Source: a virus | Reading direction: 5' to 3' (one strand) | DNA: 64,000 nucleotides | Virus record (IMG/VR): IMGVR_UViG_3300027387_000003 | Span: 16,589-80,588 of that record | Part shown: piece after piece, positions 19,032 to 29,755 of the stretch | Position numbering within the stretch: the first letter of the stretch is position 1 | How the letters are laid out: the number at the start of each line of letters is the position of its first letter | Translations under genes and position numbers: made by a program | The notes under the pieces: generated by a model | Databases searched by the model: none | Told to the model about the DNA's origin: nothing | The model's input: only the letters and a program-made list of their open reading frames with translations

Positions 19032-20736
19032 TAACTTTGTGCCTCAAGTAGACTATACATCTAGAGATTACGAAGCTGTAAGAGCAGACTTAATCAACCT
19101 TATCCCTAACTTTGCGCCTCAGTGGACTAACCGCGACCCTTCAGACTTTGGTATGACACTGATTGAACTGTTTTCATATGTTGCTGATGAGCTAAACTTT
19201 TATATTGACCGTTCACTTAATGAGTCATTTTTGTCTACCGCTAGCCAGAAAAGCAGCGTACTTAATATTGCAAAAATTCTTGGGTATGTTCCTACAGGAG
19301 CAACTCCAGCAACTGTACTTCTTACATTTCAGAACTCTACTGCGGACCCAATTACAGTACCAGCAAAGACTCAGGTAGCTACTAGCGTAGTAAACAACGG
19401 ACAAAGAACTCAGGTTATATTTGAAACAGATGTGGCTGTAACTGTGCCAGCAAAAGTTGGGGCATTAAACGGTTCAGCAACTGTAGCTGCAACTCAAGGT
19501 GAGACAGTTACTAATGAAGTTATTGGAGTATCTAACGGTACCCCTAACCAAATATTTGAATTAGCTCAAAGCCCAGTTATTAACGGAAGCGTATCCTTAA
19601 CTATTGCGGGAGTTAACTACTCTCAAGTTCCCTACCTAATTGATTACCAAGAATTTGACCCAGTATTTATTGCAGAAGCTGATGCTGATAACGTTACATA
19701 TGTAACGTTTGGAGATGGAATCAGCGGTCGTATTCCAGCTAATGGTGCTCAAATTACTGCTACCTACCGTGTAGGCGGAGGAATTCAAGGAAACGTATCA
19801 GCTAACACTATTAAGTTCATTCTTACAAACCAGGTAACTGGGTTGACTGTTGTGAACCAAAACGTGGGTGAGATTTCTGGAGCAGCATCTGGTGGAGCGG
19901 ACCCAGAAACAACTGACTCTATCAGAGTAAACGCTCCGCAAAGTATCAGAGCTTTAAGCCGTGCTGTATCGTTGGCTGATTATTCATCTCTTGCTGTTCA
20001 AGTACAGGGAGTGGCTAAAGCAATTTCTATTGCTGAAGTTTATAGCAGCATTACTATTTACTTAGCTCCTTATGGAGACTCTGGACTTCAGTCTGATGGT
20101 TTGACCGCATCAACTGTCTTTAACAACTTAGTTGAGAAAGTTTATACCTTTTTCTCAGATAAGACTCCTCCAGGCACAACGTTGACATTCCAACCACCTA
20201 AGTACGTACCTGCTCAACTTAAACTTGACTGTGTTATCTTACCGCAATATGTTAAAGCTAAAGTTACAGCAGACATTCAGTCTGCTATTCAAGAGTTGTT
20301 TGCTTTTGACAACGTGGCATTTAACGACCGTATTAATCTACAAGATGTTCTAAGCTCTGCTAATGCAGTGGCTGGTGTATCAAGAGCCTCTGTGATTAAG
20401 ATGGTACGAGGAGATGAAGAACAAACGTTCTCTATTAATAACAAGATACTTACAAGTAACGTAGCCACACTAACTACGTCCGCTACTCACAACCTATCTG
20501 TAGGTCAGACCGTACTTATCACTAACGTTGATGATACGTTTAATGGCACATACGTTATTACGGCTACAGCCCCAACAACATTTAGCTACGTATGTATTGC
20601 TACTAACGTACTTACTACTGCTGTAACTGGACTAGCAAAGGTAACAGTTCTTACCGTTCGAGATATTATCTGCTCAACTAATGAGCTTCCTCAACTAGGT
20701 ACCTTTGACCTAACGGTAACTGGAGGCATCGAATAG
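19024..20736 (+). CDS. baseplate J-like protein
   Basis: DYTSRDY, FGDGISGRIP, GGADPE, RAVSLADY. Confidence 0.92.
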   Translation: MADNFVPQVDYTSRDYEAVRADLINLIPNFAPQWTNRDPSDFGMTLIELFSYVADELNFYIDRSLNESFLSTASQKSSVLNIAKILGYVPTGATPATVLLTFQNSTADPITVPAKTQVATSVVNNGQRTQVIFETDVAVTVPAKVGALNGSATVAATQGETVTNEVIGVSNGTPNQIFELAQSPVINGSVSLTIAGVNYSQVPYLIDYQEFDPVFIAEADADNVTYVTFGDGISGRIPANGAQITATYRVGGGIQGNVSANTIKFILTNQVTGLTVVNQNVGEISGAASGGADPETTDSIRVNAPQSIRALSRAVSLADYSSLAVQVQGVAKAISIAEVYSSITIYLAPYGDSGLQSDGLTASTVFNNLVEKVYTFFSDKTPPGTTLTFQPPKYVPAQLKLDCVILPQYVKAKVTADIQSAIQELFAFDNVAFNDRINLQDVLSSANAVAGVSRASVIKMVRGDEEQTFSINNKILTSNVATLTTSATHNLSVGQTVLITNVDDTFNGTYVITATAPTTFSYVCIATNVLTTAVTGLAKVTVLTVRDIICSTNELPQLGTFDLTVTGGIE

Positions 20737-20737
20737 G

Positions 20738-23287
20738 ATGTCACGTTACGGTCTTGATTACTACAGCTCCCCTAGTTTCCCCCTAAGTTACTATGGTAGC
20801 GATAACCCATTAACTTTTGATGCTTCTCCAGTAACGGCTATCTCTTCTGGATACCTGCAGATAACAATTAATTGGGCAAAACCAGTCGGAGACTGGGACA
20901 CCCTAAAGCTGATGAGAAGCCCGTACGGATTTCCAGTAAACATAACAGATGGTATAAACGTATTTACTACTGAAAAATCAGATAACGATGTTTCATATGT
21001 TGATACTGTAAATTTACAAAAACCAAAGTTTTACTACTATTCTATTTTTGTTAACGAAACTGTACAGGACACTTGGGTTCTAGCGGGTAAAGTTATTGGG
21101 TTTGCTGTACCTAACTATGGTGGCGGAAACCGACTATATGATTTAATGCCTGAAATTACAAAGATAACCACTCCCTATGTAGCGTCTTCAAATTACGACA
21201 ACAGTGATTTAAGAGAGTTTTTATCTTTGTTTGGTTATCAATTTGACTACATTAAGGGCACGGTTGAAACTCTATTTGAAAGATTTAACTTTGAACAGAT
21301 GTCTAACACTGTTATTCCTTTGTTGTTAAATCAGTTTGGTATTAACTTTGAACCTGAGATTGGGTTTCAAAACTCAAGAGTATTAGTACGTGACTCTGTG
21401 CAGCTATCAAAAGAAAAAGGTTCCTCACAAGGTGTTAGACAATACGTAAAAGCATTTACTGGATGGGCATGCCCTTCTCCAATTGAAGGGTCTATCAACC
21501 CTGTAGTGGAGGGTATTACATCAAGTCACAACTTAATGCTGGACTACAACGACTCCTCGTTTGAAGAGGGTATTGGACGTTGGGCATCTACAGACAACAG
21601 CGGTACCTTACGCCAGATTAAGTCTTACACGGTTAACTCTTTCTTTGTAAACTCCAATACCGTTCACTTAAATATTGGAGCTAATGGATATGCTGTTGGA
21701 GATTCTGTAACATTAAGTGGTTTTAAAATTCCTAAGTTTAATTCTGCTACCCCTGTTGCTATTACAGGCTCAGACCCAACAGGTATTGACGTAAATATTG
21801 TGGCTCCTAATATTGCATTGGTGTCAGCATTTAACCCAGACACTCAAAGCTACCCAACTGTTACCCCATACCCAGCAGCTCGTAATGAACCTACTGCTCC
21901 AGCCTTATACCCAAACAAGCAAAAAGGCTATCTATCATTAAGTAACGCTGGTTCAACTGCAGCAGTAGTGACCGCTAGTTGTGGAACATCTAACCCTATT
22001 GTTTACGGCATTCCAATAACATCTGGAGACCAATACACCTTTAGCGCGTACTCAGCCGCTAGCGTAACCTCTAGAACTTTTACTGTGGGTATTAGTTGGT
22101 ACGACCGTCTTGGTACCTTTATGTCTACAACTACTGGTAACTCTGTATCTAACGTTGCGGGTTCATTCTCTGCAAGAGGGGTAGTGTCTGCTTCAGCTCC
22201 ATGTAACATTACCTTTAACCCATATAACACTACAGCTGGAACCTTATATACAGACGGAACATATGCAAACGTGCCGTTAACCTACGTATCTGGAAAACAA
22301 CCTACGATTCTTCCAAGAGTTAACGTAACTATATTTGGTGGAGCTGTTATTTCTATTGCCGTTATTAACGGTGGTAAAGGTGCGGATACAACAACAGTCT
22401 TTACTTTAAATAAGACAGACATTGGTAGCGCTAATGGTTCTGGGTTCCTTGTTACTACAAAACTTGTTCAAGAGTCTTACTACGCGGTTCCTGTTATTAC
22501 GGTTTCTAACGTAGCTAACGCGGCATCTAATGAGCGCCACTATTTTGACAACTGCCAATTTGAACAAGCTAGCAGTGTTACTGACTTTGATGAGGCTCGT
22601 CAATCACACATCACTCTTAAAGCTAACCGAATCAATGAGTTGGTTAACCCTGTTCTTTTTAACGTAAGTAGCAACTTTGCACCTTGGTCTATTGTAAACG
22701 GTACTATTACACGACCAGCGGATATTACAACACTAACATCAACTGCCTCTGGTGTTGTGACTCTTCGCTCTTTTACTAACAACACTCAGTATATGAAGAT
22801 TTTTTATCCTACTTCTGCCTACACATTTAGCTTGTATGTTAAGGGTGGGACTCAAACTAGCGGTAGTGGTTCTATAAACATCTTATGGTACGACTCATCA
22901 AAGACTTTACTGTCTACTAACACTCAGGCTATTACATTTACTAGCGCTGACTACTCGCGTCCAAGCGTCTCTGCCCTGGCCCCAGCTACGGCAGCCTATG
23001 CAACCGTTAGTTTAACTTGGACAGCAGACGCGTCTTCTAGAACTGTTTTGGTTAAGGAAGCTCTTTTTGAGAACTCTGGTTTAGTACTAGATTATTTTGA
23101 CGGAACTAATGGACGTATTATCCCTGGCTCTGACCTGTTCTGGGAAGGTAATGTCCCTAACCAGGCTCGTAGCCACTACTACAAAAACTGCAGAGCTATC
23201 CAATCTCGTTTAGTTAAAGGTGCTTTGGACGACTGGGTTACCAGCGGCTCTACCTACGCCATATACCTAGCACAGCCAAATACGTAG
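20738..23287 (+). CDS. baseplate wedge/tail protein (P2 I-like plus CBM-like domains)
   Basis: LREFLSLFG...KEKGS...FTGW, NLMLDYNDSSFE. Confidence 0.75.
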   Translation: MSRYGLDYYSSPSFPLSYYGSDNPLTFDASPVTAISSGYLQITINWAKPVGDWDTLKLMRSPYGFPVNITDGINVFTTEKSDNDVSYVDTVNLQKPKFYYYSIFVNETVQDTWVLAGKVIGFAVPNYGGGNRLYDLMPEITKITTPYVASSNYDNSDLREFLSLFGYQFDYIKGTVETLFERFNFEQMSNTVIPLLLNQFGINFEPEIGFQNSRVLVRDSVQLSKEKGSSQGVRQYVKAFTGWACPSPIEGSINPVVEGITSSHNLMLDYNDSSFEEGIGRWASTDNSGTLRQIKSYTVNSFFVNSNTVHLNIGANGYAVGDSVTLSGFKIPKFNSATPVAITGSDPTGIDVNIVAPNIALVSAFNPDTQSYPTVTPYPAARNEPTAPALYPNKQKGYLSLSNAGSTAAVVTASCGTSNPIVYGIPITSGDQYTFSAYSAASVTSRTFTVGISWYDRLGTFMSTTTGNSVSNVAGSFSARGVVSASAPCNITFNPYNTTAGTLYTDGTYANVPLTYVSGKQPTILPRVNVTIFGGAVISIAVINGGKGADTTTVFTLNKTDIGSANGSGFLVTTKLVQESYYAVPVITVSNVANAASNERHYFDNCQFEQASSVTDFDEARQSHITLKANRINELVNPVLFNVSSNFAPWSIVNGTITRPADITTLTSTASGVVTLRSFTNNTQYMKIFYPTSAYTFSLYVKGGTQTSGSGSINILWYDSSKTLLSTNTQAITFTSADYSRPSVSALAPATAAYATVSLTWTADASSRTVLVKEALFENSGLVLDYFDGTNGRIIPGSDLFWEGNVPNQARSHYYKNCRAIQSRLVKGALDDWVTSGSTYAIYLAQPNT

Positions 23288-23299
23288 TAGGATAGGCTC

Positions 23300-23581
23300 A
23301 TGCTTGAGCTACTTCTTATCGGATGCTTTACAGGGTTCTTCCTAGCTGCCATACGTTCTTTGCTAGATGTCCTTAGTATCTTCATAGGTATTCAAATATT
23401 AAATGCTGGGTTCTCTATCTTATTCTCAGCAGTAGCTGTGTATTTAGTTGAAGTTTCAACTACTAAGAGCTACATCCTCTACACCATAGCGGGGGCATTC
23501 CTGGGGGCATCTTTACTAGCCCTTGTAGAAAGGGTCGCCACCTACAAGCCTGCCGTCATCAATAGCGCTCGCGAAGAATAG
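23300..23581 (+). CDS. small membrane protein (3 TM; holin-like)
   Basis: Hydrophobic segments; leaderless TAGGAT-N6-ATG. Confidence 0.5.
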   Translation: MLELLLIGCFTGFFLAAIRSLLDVLSIFIGIQILNAGFSILFSAVAVYLVEVSTTKSYILYTIAGAFLGASLLALVERVATYKPAVINSAREE

Positions 23582-23613
23582 GTGTAGTATGTGGGCCACC
23601 TAAGGAGGTCCAC

Positions 23614-24294
23614 ATGGACAAGTACTATGTACTGGTAGCAGGAAACGGTGCGACAAGTCGCGCAAACATTGAGGCATTAATGGAAGACCATTACTATGCC
23701 AATGGTGAAGACGGCATTGTTGTTATGCCAATCTTTGGTAACCCAACACCGTCACAAGTTTTTGTTGCACAGTATGCAAAAGAAAAAAACAAAGAGGTTG
23801 TTTACGTAGCTTCAGAAGGAGCTAACCTAACTAACCTACCCGCTGGCTCTATGATTAATGACCCAGACCCAATAAACAAAGCTGTTGAAATCATTATTGG
23901 AGAGAAGACAACTGCTTTTCTTCTCTGGTCTGATGAAGATAATACTTCTTTAGACGTTCTAGTTGCATGTAAGAAAGCTGATATTAAGTGCTTTGACCTT
24001 ACTGACGGCCTAGTCCCAATCAACCCATCTGCTGATATTAAAAAAGCGGAGGTGATTGACTTCCCAGAAAAAGAGCGCGTAACTAAAAGTGCAAAGGAGG
24101 ACGAAGACGATGGCGCGGAGGAGGAAGAAAGCGGTGAAGAAGAAGAAGATGACGAAGAGTACGAAGACGAAGACGAAGAAGACGACGAAGGTCTTGAAAA
24201 TCTCTACGCGGGGGTCGAAGAAATAGCCCGCATCTTTGCCCGTGCCTTCAAGGAGGAATTTAGCCGTAATGACACAGACACACCTAAGCCCTAA
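23614..24294 (+). CDS. hypothetical protein with long acidic tail
   Basis: AAGGAGG RBS; alpha/beta N-terminus, E/D tract. Confidence 0.7.
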   Translation: MDKYYVLVAGNGATSRANIEALMEDHYYANGEDGIVVMPIFGNPTPSQVFVAQYAKEKNKEVVYVASEGANLTNLPAGSMINDPDPINKAVEIIIGEKTTAFLLWSDEDNTSLDVLVACKKADIKCFDLTDGLVPINPSADIKKAEVIDFPEKERVTKSAKEDEDDGAEEEESGEEEEDDEEYEDEDEEDDEGLENLYAGVEEIARIFARAFKEEFSRNDTDTPKP

Positions 24295-25177
24295 GGCTTT
24301 GGGGCTGCTCCTACACGTGTACGCACAGGGGGCTTCAGGAGGCTCCAAAGGCCTCTCAGAGGCTCTTGGGGTGGGTAAGGACTATGTTTCCTCAGGCTTG
24401 ATAGAGCTGCGCTCTAACGACCTGATAGCCCTGATTAAAGGGAAAACGGACAAAGGGAACTTTTGGTCCACTGTGGAGATTACCCAGAAGGGTGTTGACA
24501 TCCTCAAGAAACACATGAAGGATGGGAAGAACCGTGGCGGAAAACCCGCAACGGCACCGTTGCGGAAAACCCGTCCCTCTATATCACAGAATAGCTATCT
24601 AGCTAATTATCCTAATAGCATAGAAGCATATTCAGTTAACCAAGGGGACGCACTAAGTGCGTCCCATAAAGAACAAGAAGAATTTATCGAAGGAGTCGAC
24701 ATGTGGCTAGACCCAGATGACTTAGCAGCAGAGATAGAAAAGGACCGTAAGCGCAAGGCTGAGGAACGCACAGAGGCTAAACAGAAGAAGCACACTGACC
24801 GTCAGAAGATTAGGGCTTCACGTCCCGTTGAGAAGTGGACCCCTACGGATGTAGTTAATTACTTTGCGGAAGTGGTTAAGACTGTGTGGCACATTAGTGA
24901 GGTCACCACCAACCAACGTCCCGCGTTTATTAGTGCCATGAAAAATTTCCGTGCAGACTTTGATACTACTGGCGATATTGAAAAAGAAATTCTTGACCGT
25001 TGGATTGACAGTCAGAAGCACGATACAGATAAGCGAAGCCCAGACGCTCTCTTCTTTGGATTTATAAAGTATGCTCCCACCATGTTGGAAGAGGCAAAAC
25101 GTGCACTGGCGCCAGAAGACCTATCACGTGTAGAGTCTGTTAAAGCAAAGCGTCGTGCACAGTTAGGAGTTGAGTGA
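24269..25177 (+). CDS. putative replication initiator (N-terminal wHTH)
   Basis: LSPKALGLL..HTH pattern, directly upstream of DnaC-like loader, internal iteron-like repeats. Confidence 0.6.
   Translation: MTQTHLSPKALGLLLHVYAQGASGGSKGLSEALGVGKDYVSSGLIELRSNDLIALIKGKTDKGNFWSTVEITQKGVDILKKHMKDGKNRGGKPATAPLRKTRPSISQNSYLANYPNSIEAYSVNQGDALSASHKEQEEFIEGVDMWLDPDDLAAEIEKDRKRKAEERTEAKQKKHTDRQKIRASRPVEKWTPTDVVNYFAEVVKTVWHISEVTTNQRPAFISAMKNFRADFDTTGDIEKEILDRWIDSQKHDTDKRSPDALFFGFIKYAPTMLEEAKRALAPEDLSRVESVKAKRRAQLGVE
24524..24640. repeat. candidate replication origin: iteron-like repeats plus AT-rich tract
   Basis: GCGGAAAACCCG at 24537 and 24562, inverted repeat CCGCAACGG/CCGTTGCGG, AT-rich run after. 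Confidence 0.5.
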
Positions 25178-25863
25178 TGTACAAACTTGAAGACCAGAAG
25201 GTTCGTCGTCGTTCATGGATTAAGGCTGCTGGCATACCAAAGGCTCGTCTAGGTTGGACAGTAGATGATTGCAAAGACACTGACAAAGATGACATTGCAG
25301 ATATTAAAAGCTGGCTTAAAGTTTTTGACAAAGGTGAGAACGTCCGTGCTTCTTCTAGTAAGTATTGCGGTAAGGGATTGTTGTTAGCTGGAAAGCCTGG
25401 TCGTGGAAAGTCAACAGTGGCTGCATCTATTATCCAGACCATCATGCTTAACTCCCCTATTGATGCTTTTGATGTTGAGGAAGGTGGGGTTTTAATACGT
25501 CCCTGCTACTTTATGACCTTTAATGACGTCTTGGCCCTACAAGGTCGCATGATGGATAGCCCGACAGACTGGGAGGAGGTCCTCTACTATGGTGTCTTAG
25601 GCGAGGCGCATGACTCCTACAACATCCGAGTCCTAGTGATAGATGATGTAGGCAAGGAACACGCTAGCCTAAGCGGGTGGCAGAAGAACGTGTTGCACCA
25701 CGTACTACGTACACGGTTCAACCAAGGACTGCCAACCATAGTGACCACCAACGTCATGCTTGACGATTGGAGTAGTCTTTACGGAGACGCTACCGAAAGC
25801 TTTGCCAAGGAAGCATTCCTATATTATGAAATGGTTACTAACAAAGGAGACCTACGAGAATGA
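25174..25863 (+). CDS. dnaC: DnaC/IstB-like helicase loader
   Basis: GKPGRGKS Walker A, LVIDDVGKE, PTIVTTN. Confidence 0.85.
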   Translation: MMYKLEDQKVRRRSWIKAAGIPKARLGWTVDDCKDTDKDDIADIKSWLKVFDKGENVRASSSKYCGKGLLLAGKPGRGKSTVAASIIQTIMLNSPIDAFDVEEGGVLIRPCYFMTFNDVLALQGRMMDSPTDWEEVLYYGVLGEAHDSYNIRVLVIDDVGKEHASLSGWQKNVLHHVLRTRFNQGLPTIVTTNVMLDDWSSLYGDATESFAKEAFLYYEMVTNKGDLRE

Positions 25864-26168
25864 GCAAGGTAATGGATACTAAACTTGTACAAGTATTTCT
25901 AAGTCAATCCCAGACCCCTGGTCCAGGAATCTTTGAAGTGTCTGTTGATGACGACAACAAGTTCTATTGCACATGCCAAGGATACAAAGGTCGCAGCACA
26001 TGCAAGCATGTTAAGTTTGTACAAGCCCGTGTTAAATCTAACGGTGGAGACAACTACCCTTTAGAGTTCTCTAGTCGAGCTACTAAAGATGACGTGTTTA
26101 AAGCTAAGCAATCTAAAGAAGACTTCCGTGACTTTGTAATTCGCTTCGGTAAGATAGAAGTCTTTTAA
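25860..26168 (+). CDS. SWIM zinc-finger protein
   Basis: CTC...CKH motif. Confidence 0.75.
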   Translation: MSKVMDTKLVQVFLSQSQTPGPGIFEVSVDDDNKFYCTCQGYKGRSTCKHVKFVQARVKSNGGDNYPLEFSSRATKDDVFKAKQSKEDFRDFVIRFGKIEVF

Positions 26169-26576
26169 ATGAAGCACGGGGATATCAGTAACGAACTCCC
26201 CAAAAGGTTGTTAGTTACAACAGACCTGATTATGGATGTAGAAGTTTCCGTTAAGCGGAAGCTTTTAATAATCCCATCAGTAAAAATAAATAAAAAGTTT
26301 AGACGCGATATTTTAAGCTATCTATATTTATATACATCCCGTGCAGGGGTGACGCTTGAACTTGTGTCTTACAACTTAGACGAAGAAAATTTATCTGAAG
26401 CTATGGACCTACTTGACAAGATGGGTACCAATCCCTTTAGATACTTTACGGCATACGAATCGGTTAATCATTTGGTCAACGAACTTCCCTATAGACCTGA
26501 AGTTGTTGGCGTTGTTGATGTAGACTCGCGCCTCTTACAATACGGTCGATGGGGAAGGACATTTAAGGAACTATGA
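26169..26576 (+). CDS. hypothetical protein (degenerate HAD-like fold)
   Basis: Coupled ORF in replication operon. Confidence 0.6.
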   Translation: MKHGDISNELPKRLLVTTDLIMDVEVSVKRKLLIIPSVKINKKFRRDILSYLYLYTSRAGVTLELVSYNLDEENLSEAMDLLDKMGTNPFRYFTAYESVNHLVNELPYRPEVVGVVDVDSRLLQYGRWGRTFKEL

Positions 26577-27799
26577 ACAATGAAGCAAAGCTACTAAGTA
26601 AAGTACTTGCAGACCGCAACCTAGCCCCACTATTTGATAGAGGCGTTAACGACAGTTGGTTTGTTGACCCTGATGTAAAGCGTGTATGGATATTTACACG
26701 ACAGCATTTCTTTAACTATGCAGAGTGCCCAAGCTTAGATGTTATCTCGGGTAACTTCCCCGCCTATAAGTTGTTGGAAGTAAATGACAGCGTTGATTAT
26801 TTAATTGACACTGTAATCTCAGACCGACGTAAGGCTGCAACCATTAATATGATGGATGAAACCATCAATATTTTGGAAAAAGAAAAAGACCATGAAAAGG
26901 CTTTACTTGTTATTCAAGGTAACCTAGCCAAGCTAGAAGAAGACGGTCTTAGTAAGACTAGCGACTTAGACCTTACTGATAACGCACTAGAGCGTTTCAA
27001 TGAGTACGAGTTTAGAAAGAACAATCCAGGCATGCTTGGAGTTCCTACTGGTTTCCCTACTATGGACCAAGCAACTAACGGCTTACAAGATGGTCAGCTA
27101 ATTGTTATTGTTGCTCCACCTAAGACTGGTAAGTCAACTCTTGCTTTGCAGGTTGCACAGAACATTCACATGCAGGATAAGTGCGTGATGTTCCAGTCAT
27201 TTGAAATGAGTAACCACGAACAGCAGACTCGTTACGATGCTATGCGTTCACGCGTATCACACACACGTTTATTAACTGGTACTTTATCTGCAGAAGACGA
27301 AGCAAGATACAAGCAGAAGCTTAAATCATTAGAAAGCATGCGCAAGAAGTTCTGGTTAGTGGACTCTGCTAACGGCTCTACCGTCTCTGGTATTGCTAAC
27401 AAGATTCAAGTTCTACATCCAGACATCGTGTTCATTGACGGTACCTACCTTATGATTGACGAGCAGAGCGGTGAGCAGAACACCCCACAGGCAATCACTA
27501 ACATCACCCGTTCGCTAAAGCGTATGGCTCAGCGTTATAAAGTTCCAGTAGTTATTTCTACTCAGGTACTTAACTGGAAGATGAAGAAGGGTCAGGTAAC
27601 TGCCGACTCTATTGGTTACTCATCTTCTTTCCACCAAGACGCTGACGTTATCTTTGGTCTACAGAGAGAAGACGAGAATGTAGATGACACTCGTGTACTT
27701 AAGATTCTTGACAGCCGTAACTCTGGTCGCGTAGACGTTTCACTTCTATGGGACTGGGGCACAGGTACATTCCGCGAAATTGATGCAAGTGATATCTAA
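26573..27799 (+). CDS. dnaB: replicative DNA helicase (DnaB-like)
   Basis: GVPTGF, APPKTGKS, SFEMS, FIDG, QDAD motifs. Confidence 0.92.
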   Translation: MNNEAKLLSKVLADRNLAPLFDRGVNDSWFVDPDVKRVWIFTRQHFFNYAECPSLDVISGNFPAYKLLEVNDSVDYLIDTVISDRRKAATINMMDETINILEKEKDHEKALLVIQGNLAKLEEDGLSKTSDLDLTDNALERFNEYEFRKNNPGMLGVPTGFPTMDQATNGLQDGQLIVIVAPPKTGKSTLALQVAQNIHMQDKCVMFQSFEMSNHEQQTRYDAMRSRVSHTRLLTGTLSAEDEARYKQKLKSLESMRKKFWLVDSANGSTVSGIANKIQVLHPDIVFIDGTYLMIDEQSGEQNTPQAITNITRSLKRMAQRYKVPVVISTQVLNWKMKKGQVTADSIGYSSSFHQDADVIFGLQREDENVDDTRVLKILDSRNSGRVDVSLLWDWGTGTFREIDASDI

Positions 27800-28713
27800 T
27801 GACTATAGAGGAAATGAAAGACACTCTTGTTAGTTTAGGTCTTAGTGTCAACGACACTCGTGGCGATGAGATTCAGATTAACTGCCCTGCTCATAAAGAG
27901 CGTACAGGCAAAGAAGATAGAAACCCATCGCTATGGATAAATGCCGATAGTGGTGCGTTCATATGTTTTTCTTGTCAGTGGAAGGGAAACATCTACACAC
28001 TTATAGAGCAGGTTGGTGGTGTAGCTGGTGGTGGCAATTTAGATTTAGCAGCAAGAGTTGAGTCATCTTTGCGTTCTCGTTTTCAACGCCTTACAAACCC
28101 CAAAGACCAAAAGCAAGAAGAGCCAGTTATCATCCACGAGTCTATGCTTAGTGCGTTTAAAGGAGTGCCTGGAGCTACATGTTTAAGTAGAGGCTTGTTA
28201 CCAGACCTTGTTTGGAAGTATGGCGTACGTTGGAACTCTACTGACAAGTCTTGGATTATTCCTATTAGAGACCCACTAACTAATAAGCTTATGGGATGGC
28301 AGGAGAAAGGCCATGAACGTCGCATTTTTAAAAACACTACACGTGTAAAGAAAGGCGACGCCTTGTTCGGTTACGACCTCTACGAGGGCGGAGACATGAT
28401 TGTTGTTGAATCACCTTTAGATGTTATCCGTTTAGCTTCTGTGGGTTTTCCAGGGGGCGTAGCGGTATATGGATGCATAGTCTCTGACATGCAGTTTAAT
28501 TTAATTCGCGGTGGTCAGCGTGTAATTTTTGCAATGGACAATGATAAGGCTGGTAATGAGGCTACTCGCGACCTGCTTAAGCGGGCAAAAGAGTATGGCC
28601 TTGAGTGCTGGTTATTTAACTATTCGCAAACAGATATGAAAGACGTTGGCGGAATGTCTCAAGCTGAGATAGTCTGGGGACTTGAAAACGCCACCCATAT
28701 GTTAAGGAGTTAA
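27799..28713 (+). CDS. DNA primase (Zn finger + TOPRIM)
   Basis: CPAH..CFSC, VVESPLD, DND..G. Confidence 0.9.
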   Translation: MTIEEMKDTLVSLGLSVNDTRGDEIQINCPAHKERTGKEDRNPSLWINADSGAFICFSCQWKGNIYTLIEQVGGVAGGGNLDLAARVESSLRSRFQRLTNPKDQKQEEPVIIHESMLSAFKGVPGATCLSRGLLPDLVWKYGVRWNSTDKSWIIPIRDPLTNKLMGWQEKGHERRIFKNTTRVKKGDALFGYDLYEGGDMIVVESPLDVIRLASVGFPGGVAVYGCIVSDMQFNLIRGGQRVIFAMDNDKAGNEATRDLLKRAKEYGLECWLFNYSQTDMKDVGGMSQAEIVWGLENATHMLRS

Positions 28714-28714
28714 A

Positions 28715-29251
28715 ATGATTATTGGTCTATGTGGATATGCACAGTCAGGTAAAGATTCAGTTGCTGAGATACTGGTTAATAATTATGGGTACACCCGTGT
28801 TGCTTTTGCTGACCCTATCCGAGAACTTCTGTATGAGATGAACCCTACAGTTAAAGATGGTGGCTACAGACTTCAAGGAGTTGTAGATGGTTATGGTTGG
28901 GATGTAGCAAAGACTGCTTTCCCTGAAGTCAGAGCCCTTCTACAGAACCTAGGCGTAGGCGCTCGCAAAGTATTTGGTGAGCATTTCTGGGTACATCAAG
29001 CTTTGCGTCAAGTTCATTGGGAAGGCAACTTTGTTATTACTGATGTCAGATACCCTAACGAAGCTAAAGAAATTAGAGAGTACGATGACGCACAGATTTG
29101 GCGTATAAAGCGCACAGGTATAGAACCAGTAAACACTCATGCATCAGAGACTGCTATGGATGGTGAAAAGGTTGACCAGATATTCCTCAACAATGGTACG
29201 CTTGAAGACTTAGCGGTATTAATTGGAACAAGAATGAGAGCTTACGTATGA
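28715..29251 (+). CDS. deoxynucleoside monophosphate kinase
   Basis: GYAQSGKD, FADPI, ITDVRYPNE, HASE. Confidence 0.9.
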   Translation: MIIGLCGYAQSGKDSVAEILVNNYGYTRVAFADPIRELLYEMNPTVKDGGYRLQGVVDGYGWDVAKTAFPEVRALLQNLGVGARKVFGEHFWVHQALRQVHWEGNFVITDVRYPNEAKEIREYDDAQIWRIKRTGIEPVNTHASETAMDGEKVDQIFLNNGTLEDLAVLIGTRMRAYV

Positions 29252-29478
29252 TTGATTATCAGTATTGGTCTTGGTTACTAGCCGCTATTGGCGTAACTGG
29301 TATTTTCTTTGTAGGTAGAAAAACTATTTGGGGATGGCTAATCCTCTGTCTTAATGAGTGTCTTTGGATTGTCTACGCTTTAACAACAGACCAGTATGGG
29401 TTCATTGTTGCCGCTGTTGCCTACGGAATTGTTTACATCAAGTCCTATCTCCACTGGCGTAAAGATGAGCTACGATAA
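29248..29478 (+). CDS. short PnuC-like membrane protein
   Basis: GRKTIWGW...LW...YG..Y..W pattern, 3 TM. Confidence 0.6.
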   Translation: MIDYQYWSWLLAAIGVTGIFFVGRKTIWGWLILCLNECLWIVYALTTDQYGFIVAAVAYGIVYIKSYLHWRKDELR

Positions 29479-29755
29479 AAACTGCGCGGGCCATTGTTGG
29501 ACCTGGGCGCGTAAAGATTTAGACTGGGTTACAGAAGAGGGTAAGCACTTTAAAGGTATGTATGTGGTCTGGCGTTGTGGTCACTGCATGAAGATGGGCC
29601 AGATTTTATTTGAGTACGATGCGGTAGAGCACGAGAAGCGAATACAAGGTTCTCAGCAAGGGTTTGCTAGAGTTCACGGTAGAGGTAAGTGCCCTGCTCA
29701 GAAGTATGGTGCAAAGCCAGCACCTAAGAAGAAGGAGTATAGCTATGACTTTTAA
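29465..29755 (+). CDS. hypothetical Cys/His protein
   Basis: Overlapping coupled ORF, CxxC. Confidence 0.55.
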   Translation: MSYDKNCAGHCWTWARKDLDWVTEEGKHFKGMYVVWRCGHCMKMGQILFEYDAVEHEKRIQGSQQGFARVHGRGKCPAQKYGAKPAPKKKEYSYDF

